Of a stretch of DNA of 64,000 nt, positions 53,426 through 64,000 are shown one piece after another. The stretch comes from Callorhinchus milii (lineage: Eukaryota): the NCBI RefSeq assembly GCF_018977255.1, contig NW_024704742.1, positions 20,214,001-20,278,000 on the forward strand. Reading direction: 5' to 3'. Under the pieces are notes generated by a model that was not told the DNA's origin, did not search any database, and saw only the letters and a program-made list of their open reading frames with translations. Position 1 is the stretch's first letter; every line of letters begins with the position of its first letter. The position numbers and the translations under genes were made by a program.

Positions 53426-53788
53426 AATAACAATAATAATCCTTGCATTTGGTATAGCACCTTATCATGTCTTCGAGATGTCTCAAAGCCCTTCACAGAA
53501 TATACTGTAAAGCAAATTGACTGTACATTTTGTGAGCGAAATGCACACAGCAGTGTCCCACAAACAGTCATGCACTGAAGTGACCAATTTATTATTTTTT
53601 TTTGAAGGAATTATTACCCCCAGAAAAGCGAAATACCAATTGACTAACAAACGAGTTTCTACTTATTGCTAGGTAAACAGAGGCATGTGGAGTAAGGAAA
53701 CTTGCCCAATATTTTGCCCTGCTGGGAATCGAACCCAGGTCTCTCTCTTGCGAGGCCTGTGCTCTAACCACTGAGCTATAGGACTCCA
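53426..53788 (-). mobile_element. tRNA-derived SINE, longest variant in the window
   Basis: Head, extra central segment (gcctctgtttacctagcaataagtag...), body and L2-type tail. Confidence 0.92.
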
Positions 53789-54149
53789 ATATAATTAACA
53801 GATGAAGATAAATTATGTAATTATCGATCGATCCCTGCTAATTACAAAATGGAGATACATTATGAAATATGGAGATTCACTTTCACTAAGTGGTCAATCA
53901 TTATCATTTAAAACATAACATTGAGCAATATATTTCTCTATCTGTTATATTGTCGAATCTCCCTCATGTGCACAAACACCAGGGGGTGCTAAAGAAGGTA
54001 TTAAAATAAATATTTAGCATGGATCAAGTAATATATCAAATTAAGTGTTAGGGACTATCATATACTGATCACTAAAACATACCAATAATTTCATTTACAA
54101 AATCTATAAAATTGCATTTTAAAAAATATCATGTACCAGGTGTGCAAAA

Positions 54150-54470
54150 TGAAGAGGGAGTTTGACATGGTAAAAAGGGAGACATTATTTCTATTGATAG
54201 GGAGTCAGTGTCTCAGATAGTCACAAGAACAGTGAAAGAGAGAGATTCTGGTTTGTGGAATGCCCTCTGAGTAGGTTTGTTGAAGATAGTGAAGACAGTA
54301 GCTTACAGGAGAGAAGTAGACAGGCATGTGAAAGAGAGGGGCTTGAAGGTGTATGGGAATAAGGCAGGATGGTGGGACTAAATTGATATCCTTGCTCTGC
54401 GACCTGATGCGGAAACAATAGGTCAAATGGTCTCCTTCTGTACGGTAGATTTCTATGTTTTTATGTTTAT
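54150..54470 (+). mobile_element. CR1 3' fragment
   Basis: ggtttgtggaatgccct...aaatggtctccttctgtacggtagatttctatg CR1 3' end. Confidence 0.75.
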
Positions 54471-54852
54471 CTTACCTCCACTCTCTGGGATTCTTCTCCT
54501 AAAGTCTTGTACCATACACCCTCCTGCTAAGGTACCCTTCTGAACCCTACCTCTTGGATTGCTCTTCAGCCCTACAACTTCCCCCGCACTCCATCTCATG
54601 AGTTCCGATTCCATTGTGAAAGATGCTATATACGTGAAAGTTGTTGAGAACCAGTGGAAACATTGGATTAATATAAAGGGATATCATGATCCAATAAACT
54701 AGGGATGGGACAAATGGCCTCTTCCCATTTTCTGACACTAGAGTAAAAACAATTATTTGAATAATCATTCTGTATTTCTATTTTGCACTGTAAACTTTAT
54801 ACCAACAAATTAATGCACAGATACACTTTTGTTAAATGCACTGTGGTGTGTT

Positions 54853-55562
54853 CCCCTCAACTGTCCTTCTTCCCCCATATCCGTGCCATGACCTACTCTG
54901 CCTTACCCCACCTCTGCAACATTGCCCGACTCTGCTATTGACTCACCCCTGAAGCTGCCAAAACCCTCAAACAAACATTCGTCACCTCAAAGTTCGACTA
55001 TGGAAACTCCCTCCTTGTCAGCCTCCCCAACTCTTCCCTCCATAAGCTGCAGTTCATGTAGAACGCCGCAGCTCGTGTCCTCTCCCGCACCAGGCTCTGT
55101 GACCCCATCACCTCCACCCTCGCCTGCCTCCACTAACTCCCCATCCCTCAGAGGATAGAATTCAAAATCCTCATCCTCACTTTCAAGGCTCTCCCTGGCC
55201 TTGCCTCCTCCTACATCTCTGACCTGCTGACCCCCCATCAACCTGTCTTTCAGCAGGCTCTGACCTGCTCCAGGTCTCCCGCCCAACCCGATGGGAGGGA
55301 TTTCAGCCTCTCTGCCCCCACTCTTTGGAACTCCATCTCACATTCCCTTTGCCTTGCTCCCTCTCCTGCCTCCTTTAAAGCACGATTCAAGCCCCTCTTT
55401 TTTGACTGTGCCTTCAGCCGCCCTCCTAACCCCTCTGCCCTCCCTCATCCCAACCCTGTCTCCCATACTTGGGTCCTAATCCCTGACTGTTCAGTGCCTT
55501 GGGATGTCCTCCCAATGTGAAAGGGGCTTTACAAATGTAATTTTGTTGTTGTTTTGTTGTTG
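54853..55562 (+). mobile_element. L2 3' fragment
   Basis: L2 ORF2 C-terminal homology; tail agtgccttgggatgtcctcccaatgtgaaagg plus (TTG)n. Confidence 0.9.
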
Positions 55563-58500
55563 CTCAAATACAAACTTAAATTTAACAATGGGCATTTATT
55601 GTAAACCTGTCAAGCTTTGTAGTAGAATGACTTGTGTGTGAGAGGGATACAAACAATGTCTTGGAACTACAGTGCACCATAACATCTGCAAGGTTAACTC
55701 CACAGAGGAAACAATCTGATTTTCTTTCAAAAACTCTCATTTCTGTGGTGGTATTTGCAACGAATAGACAACTGGGAGACTATCTGACTCGAAAATCAAG
55801 ACGAGTCTCTGGTGACTGGGTATGACAGACATTTCAGGTAGTCATCCTATCAGACAAGGAGCCCTTAGGTTGCTGTAATTTGGTGGATCCTGTGCATGTT
55901 ACACTTCTCAGCTTTCCTGAATAATACTCCAGTTGGTTAAAACTAGAAATGAACAAACAGCAGGCTTCCTGATGTTTCTAAAACTTTGCAGTATTGCTTC
56001 CACGCCCATACTCTGTCTGCGAATGAATACTTTTATCCATTCATCAGCGAGAGATAATTAGTTTTACTCTAAAAACAACAGATTTGAAAAGCTTTAATTA
56101 TTCTTTCATTGAAATCATTACAATCCTCTGGCATTAAACAAAAATCTAATCATATATTTGTGAAAGCAGCAAACATTTTCTCTGCATTAGTTAATTTTGA
56201 CGACAAATTCATTGACATACAACCTTAAATCTACATGCATTTTCATGAATGCAAGCAATGTCTGTCAGATATATTTGTGATTACAATCAAAATGCAGTAA
56301 AATCCTTGGATGTGCTTTGAGACATTTTTCGATGGTGTGGTAAATGCATTATATCAAAGCAAGCATTAATGGTAAAACCTTAAATGATAGGTACCTTGTA
56401 ATTTATGTTAACAAAGCACTTTGGGAAAATGTTGTGGACTTGGAATCCTGGACTTATATTATTTGTAACATGAAACCCTAATAGCAGCAAACAACAGCCT
56501 AGTGCTCTTCATGTAAAATTTTGTGGAAAATTTCACAAAGATGGAATAGGATGTTGAGAAAGGGATCGGGGGAGTGTGGAGCAAAGGAGAATATGGAGTA
56601 GGGGTACAAAATGCTGCTGTATATTTATCAATGAATGTTCACAAGCACTTAGCCAACCATGTACAGTGGATCTGAACAGTGCTGTGGCACATTAAGAACA
56701 GAGTGAAAACAGGGCAAATTCATGCATGAATCGTGTAGATAAAAGATCATAGAATCATAAAATATTACAGCACAGAAGGAGGCCATTCAGCCCATTGTAC
56801 CAGTACCGGTTCTTTGGAAAAGCTACCCAATGAGTCCCACTTCCCCGATTCAATAAGTTTGGAAGCATATGAAATGAACAGAAAATAACTGCAAGGATTT
56901 GGGTTTTCTTCCTAAGTGTCTGTAAGTATAAATGATCTTGTACACACAATGATGGGAAAATTGACTGTGAAGGTCGATAGTACTTTCTAAGGCTCAGAGT
57001 GTACCTATATATTTCATTCTTCTTTTGAAAGAGCTGCTTGCTGTTAAGTTCTGCAAAGTCAGACCCCAGATGACGAATTAAAAGAACATGCTGCAATGTT
57101 ATTCTCATAAGAAGATAGTTAACCCCAGCGTTGCAAGATTAGGATCGGTACTCAGGTGAAATGTTTATATCTATTTCACGTTCATAGAAACACTCCAGTA
57201 AAAATAGGCTTGACACAGAAAGGCTTCAAAACATTCAAAAATAGTTTAAATGCAGAAAGCAAATTCAATGCAGTCCCACAAATGCCAATGTTAACTCACA
57301 ATCTCCAAATGTTTCCCCTCTGAATCTTTTAGTTTCTTATATTTGCATTTTTTCACTCAATCCACGACTGTACGTGGGACACTGCTGTGTGCAATTGACT
57401 GCTGCATTTCGCCTACAAAATATAAAGTCAGTATATTCTGTGAAGCACTTTGTGTCGTCTCAATGACGTGATAAGGCGTTATATCAAATGCAAGAATTAT
57501 TATTATTACTACTCAGGGGCTACAATAATGGCATGGGTATTGCAAATAAACTGGAGCTTCATGTACTGTGGGACGTTATTACCAATTGAAGAACCCCTGG
57601 AGAACTGCCTCTCCTATCCATCTTATGGCAGAAAGCCTAACATGAGTTGCCTGGCCTACCCTTTAATGCCAAATTCGGGCAGTAGTCTTATGGCTCTGAG
57701 GTGTTCAGAGTTTAATGTAGCACGGCTGAGTTGGTTGCTGGTTCTGAATGTTGCGGGGTACAAAGGCTGTACTGAGACTGGAGGACTATGGCCGTCTGTG
57801 CCAACACAGAGGCTTTTAACTCTGGAATGAGCTCTCTCGTTCTGACTTATATTAAATGTTTCTGCAATGTTCTGGAGATCATCCATCGCCCCAATTATCA
57901 TGGATTATCTGCAAAGTGGATAATCAGGCAGTGGATATTTGAGGTTACACCACTCGTAAAGCCACAAGAGAAAAATAGGATTTGGGTAGTAATGACAAAT
58001 CCTCTACTGCCCATTCTTGAATAAATTTTAAACCATGATTTTCTCCCTTCAAATCAATTTGATTTCCAGTCAAACTAATCAGAAGACAAAAGGCAAACTA
58101 TGATTAGAAGGCAATATTGCAATTTGTTTCTGCCAATAGTGTGAAGAAGCCACGAAAAGCAAAGAGGGAGATAGCATTTGTTTTACATTTTAATCCTGAT
58201 TTGGACCTCAGCTATCATCATGGTCGCTTAGCAATGATAAAAATGGAATGTATACTTGACGTAGATGCTGGCTTTCCTGAGAAAATGCTGGCGGGGGACG
58301 TGGAGCAGGTCTGCTGAATGAAGGGAGCGGACAGGCCCACAAGCAACTGTATTTGAAGCAACTCTCTTCATTATCTTTATTAGCCACCTGCTCAGTGATG
58401 TGGAGTCAAAGCCTGGTGTGTTTAGATAGGTTACAACTACTTTAAGCACAAAACCATCCCATTGAGCTGACCAATGTAGACCCCCTACAATTCAGTAACA

Positions 58501-59124
58501 ATAAAATGGGTCTGATAACATAATCTGAATGTGCCTTTAAATGTCATAAAAAGCCAGCTTATCTCCTCTACTGCTCATCTGCAGTAAACTGTGAGCATTG
58601 CCTTTTATGTTGAGAAATACAACTGATAAGCTTGTTAAGATAGTGTCATGGAGGCAAGAATCTCTCATGGAGTACAGATTAGAAGGAGCTGGGTGATATA
58701 ATAGAGAGTATCTCAGGAATAGGCAATGCTAATAAGCTCCCATTGAAATACATCTTGAAATAAAATGAGTAGAAAGTTGCCTGTTGTCATACTTCTGATC
58801 AATAGGATCATGGTTGCCTTATTTTCAAAGTGACTGCCAATGATTGACTGCGACAATTGGTCTACTCAACCCAGTGTTTAAATATTTAAAACTGGTGATT
58901 TGTAACAACTTCATCAACTGTGCTGATTCCAATTCTTCAATGCTGCTGTCAATCTTTATCTTCTGTAGTATCAATGTGCAGTATTATGGCTCAGAGTGAG
59001 AACCATATCAAAGCAGTACCCACTGCCTAAACAGTTAGAACCAGCATCACAGAGTGGCACTGCATGCTGAGTCCCTGCACTAACTTGAAGAAAAAGCAAC
59101 TTGTGTTGGGCTCTGTTGCACAGC

Positions 59125-59535
59125 AACAACATCAACAACAACAAATTGCATTTGTATAGCACCTTTCACATCAGAAGGCGCTGGACAGTCAGAGATTTGG
59201 ACCTGAGCAGGGGGTTGGAATGAGGAGGGGTGGAGGTCAGGGAAGGTAGGGGTAGGAGGGTAACTGAAGGTGCAGTAAAGAGGAGGGTTTTAAGATGGGC
59301 ATTGAAGGAGGCAAGGCAGGGAGCAGGACGAAAGGTCTGTGGGATGGAGATCCAAAGGGTGAGAGCTGAAGAGAGGCTGAAGGCTTGATCACCAATGGTG
59401 GGGCGGGCTGGCAGGGGACGTGCAGCAGGACTGCTGAACGAAGGGAGCGACAGGTAGATATGGAGTGAGCAAGTTACAGATGTAGGAAGGAGCAAGGCTG
59501 TGGAGGGCTTTGAAGGCGATCAGAATATCAATTTG
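59125..59535 (-). mobile_element. L2 3' fragment
   Basis: IDILIAFKALHSLAPSYI..PTIGDQAFSL; (CAA)n tail. Confidence 0.88.
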
Positions 59536-60335
59536 TTTCAGATCCAGGAGTACCAACGGCTCTTTATTCACATGAAAAATCTTAAAGACTATCCAAGAAT
59601 GCGTCAGACCAGCTGTGGTTATGAACACAGAGCCGTGACAGATTGCTCACTGCCTTTCTAAATCCAAATCAAGATCCTTATACTGGAGTTGTACTGTAGG
59701 ATTAATGCATGTTCAAAATGATTTCTGTAACATACAGTAATTGGACTATTAATTAACTTGTAGATAAACTTTCATGAACTCCAAAAATATGAATAGAAAG
59801 TCCTTTAAATGACATGTTAAATCAATGTCCCATATATCTATTCTGGTGGTTAATGAAAATCTGGAAGAGGAAAATCTGGTTAAGATCTCATGAAAATGCA
59901 GTATTTAGAAAAGGAGCAAATAATTCTTCCAGTGCTCAGCACAAGGGGGTCTGTTATGTGAGTTGTGTAAAACGTGTAAATGCATGTGTATTTTGCACTA
60001 TAATAAACCATGTAGTGCATGTGAACCAGTAAACCAGGTGAAAACACATGTCAAACATTTGCATACAATGAATTTACAGATTCCTTAAATTAAGGAATTG
60101 ACACCCAATGGAAAGAATTTACAAATAATTAAACCAATCATTTCCATTAGTTAATTAAACCGTTAAGTGCGTCTGTGATTCTCTCTTTACATTTTGTTTA
60201 TAGATGGTGCAGAACATCAATATTTACATATAGTTTGCGCAACTCACAAAATGCCGATATTCCTCCCTGATCCAAAGTCATGAAAAATAAACTGCATTTA
60301 GCCATGCAGCTCATTGCTATTTTCCAGATGTTACA

Positions 60336-60664
60336 TGGAGTCCTGTAGCTCAATGGCTAGAGCACTCACCTCGCATGTGAGAGGACCTGGACTTGATTCC
60401 CGGGCAGAGCAAAATGTTAGACAAGTTTCCTTACTCCACAAACCTCTGATTTCGGGTGTAATAATCCCTTAAAAAAATAAAATTTAAAAAATAGTAATAT
60501 TTTGGTCATTCAATCCACGACTGTTTATGGAACACTGCTGTGCACAATTCGCTGTTTTGCCACAAAATATACAGTCAATTCACTTTACAGTATATTCTGT
60601 GAAGCGTTTTGAGACGTCTTGGAGATGTGATAAGGTGCTATATCAAATACAAGGATTATTATTA
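60336..60664 (+). mobile_element. tRNA-derived SINE
   Basis: tggagtcctgtagctcaatggctagagc head, same body, tail caaggattattatt. Confidence 0.9.
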
Positions 60665-62260
60665 GTTTCATTACAACAGTCCCTGTACTTCTAAGTAACT
60701 GAAGTGTCCTAGTCTGGCTCAGTTGGTAGCACTGTCTCCTTTGAGTCAGAACATTGTGAGTTCAGACCCCACATCGGGACTTTGAACTCACATAGTCTAT
60801 GTTGACAATCTTAAGCAGTGCTGAAACTGTGCTGCACTTGTTGGAGATGCCGTCCTTCGGATAAGATGTCAAAAAACAGCAGATTAAAGGTTAAAAGTAG
60901 AACATATTCAATGCACAGATACTAACAACTACTATTATCAGCTGATATTGTCCATTGTTCAGATGTTGACAACTGAAGGCAATTAGCAATGTAGGATATA
61001 AAGTTTGTTCATGAACGGTCAACTATTTATTTCTATAAGGAGAAAAATAGTATATGGAGCAATGCTGCAGATCCTGGAGGTAATGTTAACCCCCACCCCA
61101 CTCCAGCACGTCAGCTACCTGTTTTCACTGATATCGCTGCTCAAATCCTCCTGTTTCACTGTCACAGAGGAGAATAAATAGGTAAAAACCACCAACATGA
61201 ATAATTGATCAAAATACTTTAAAATCTTTTTAAGGGAAAATCTGCCGCAACAAAATTGAATTCAAGCGGAGAGAAGCTTAAATTCTGAAATGATAATTGA
61301 AGATTGTGAAAACAAGAACTGTAATGTAATGTTGTCTGGCTGGTTCAGGTGATCTCTCAGCTCAGAGCAAAGCCATGTCTCTTCCGCCTCCTGACCTTCA
61401 GCTGATAAATTGGTGCTGCTATAATTAGTAGCTTCCCATTGGCTCTCCTGACAAAGCCAATCTCAACCTTCAGAGAGAATTGCAAAGGGAATAAATATAT
61501 AAAACAAAAAAGTATACGTTTAAAGAAAAATGCAGTCTTTTGTTTAGCTACAGTAAAACACAGAGACTGCAAAGTAGTAGAGAGACTCTCTTGCGATTGC
61601 AAGTGCGGATACAATAAGTTGAACCGACAGGATTTAATTCTCAATCTGCATATACCCTTACGCCCTTCTGCTTAGGGCAACATAGCATTAATAAAGAGTG
61701 TATTAAGCACAGGACAGAACATTATGTGATTGCACTGCATAGCAAAATGCAACCTTTATTTTAATCCTTTTGTTTTCCTGTCTGATCCTTTGAATGGCAC
61801 TTTTGCCAATGAGTGTCTGTCACATAAATTGGATGCTTGGCACCTCCTAAGCATATTAGTCCCCAGCCAAAAATGTCTTGGCATCATCCAATTAACACAT
61901 TAGCCTGAACTCACCAGAAATTTTGAACAATTGGTCCTTGGTTAATTTTACTTTGATCTCTGCACCTTATACCAGTAATCTTAGATGGTTAAGAGTTTTA
62001 CGGGACTCAGGTAATGGTTTAACTGCTTCAGAATATGGTTGCTCATCATTACCTGCACTCTTCCTAACACTAGGTAAATGGATACAGCCTTCAGGAATAT
62101 CAGGCACTCGTGTGATTGATAGCATTTCATTAAAATAAGAACAGCATTTTGACACCCTGTTAAAACTAAAGAGGAATGTTGGACTCTTCATTTACTCTCC
62201 CATAGAAAGCCAGGCTGTGAATGAATTCATCCTGTTAGGGGTTGTATACCCACACACCTA

Positions 62261-62542
<282 letters not shown>

Positions 62543-64000
62543 TCAGGGAAGTGTTGGGCAATTGAGGCCAGGATGTTGGACTTATTTAAAAAATGCAAGG
62601 ACGTTTTTCGGGCAGATTGTTCAGTGACCATTAAAGTTGAGATCAAAAAGGACAAAGGGCCTTCTTCATCCAATCTTCTATGTGACAATATTTACTGATA
62701 TATAAATATTCAGATTTGGGAAGGCAGGTCCTTTTGGACAAAAAATGTTCATTGATTGAATACCTTTTGATTTAATAATTTTTAAAAAACATTTCTTCTT
62801 TAAAAGGTTCTGATATCACTGTTAGCTCATTTCCATGATAAATCAATTCATATCCAATTCGCTATTCAGTCGAGAGTGAACACAATTTGTACGTAGCTGA
62901 TTGTGAAAGGTCATAGCATTTTATAATCTTTTCTGTTCTGGTCACTGATTATATTTAAGTAGATAAGTGCAATAAAGGTACAGAATCTTATCCCAGTAGA
63001 GCTGCAATGTCAATTAATGACCCCATCTCTTCCTGGATAGAGAATAAAATCATTAATCAAGCATTTTTATTTGAACAGTATCAGTGATTAAATATTCATC
63101 AAGGCTTAACCTTTGAAATGTATCTGCAAGTTTTATTATCACTATCATTGTTTCAAACGTGTTTGCTTACTTCCGCACTTAATTGCTAGTTATGAAAGAC
63201 ATAACAGCATTTGGAATAGACAGATATTGTTTAAGGTTATGTGACCGTCTCATGATAAAATGTAGCAAAATATTAAAACATAAGGTGTGAACACGTGGTA
63301 TAAGAAGAAACTATTTGTGCTTTCTATGAGTGGTTTTACATCATTTCTAACCTTTGTCAATAACAAAGAACATAATATTTTTTTATGATTCTAGTCTTAC
63401 ACTCAGCATTGTAGGATTTTACAGCACTGAAAGACGCCATTTGGCGTATCATACCTGCTCTCCAAAAGAATTATCTATATAACCTACTCTCGTGCCCTTT
63501 CACCTATACCCTTTTATATTTTTCTTAAGATTTTTATCCAAATCCCTTTTAAAAGCTATTATTGATTCTACTACAACCGTTGGCTTTGTTAGGAAATTCT
63601 ATATCTGATAACCTATTTGAAAAGAGAAGGGGGCTTCTCCTGGTGTCTGGCCAACAATCCCCCAAATAAAATTGGTCATTCGTTTCATAATTGTTTGTGG
63701 GATATTGTTGTTCATAAATTGGCTGCTGCTTTGGCCCACAAAACATCCAGTGAATTTTACAGTATATCCTGTGACTTGCTTCAAGAAGCCCTCCTGACAT
63801 GAAAGGCACTATATAAAATGTAAGGATTATTTGGGGATTATTATTTCATTTGAAAAACATATCCATGGCCAAAAGATTGTAAACAAGATAGGGGGTTGGG
63901 AAATATATGAAGAGGCCATGAAACATATATGAAGCATCAAAGTAAAACAGAAGACATTGCAAATGGATCTATCTTGGCTTCACTGTAAAGCAATTTCAAT

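Overview
Vertebrate nuclear DNA, most likely a cartilaginous fish. The repeat landscape (L2 and CR1 LINEs, SacSINE1-like Deu SINEs, a tRNA-Ala-like/L2-tail SINE) suggests a holocephalan such as Callorhinchus; this is an inference. The only host protein-coding sequence I can support is the 3' end of FSTL5 (follistatin-like 5) on the minus strand: a 125-bp penultimate exon (62262-62386), a 17.2-kb intron, the terminal coding exon (44388-45090) and a repeat-free ~1.3-kb 3' UTR with an AATAAA at 43089-43094. Bases 1-43000 look like downstream intergenic DNA packed with retroelement relics: many L2 3' fragments, a ~2-kb L2 RT copy with only two lesions, and CR1 fragments including an ORF1 esterase/ORF2 endonuclease portion. 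There are also two SINE families sharing the L2 3' stem-loop, hAT-like MITEs, a 75-bp-arm palindrome and an unclassified four-copy repeat. I found no new gene system. The most unusual features are a three-level nested SINE insertion at 10.9-11.9 kb whose junction carries a 21-bp snap-back hairpin, and the unclassified repeat with a conserved terminal stem-loop. Repeat boundaries are by-eye estimates, and family names come from recalled consensus similarity, not database searches.
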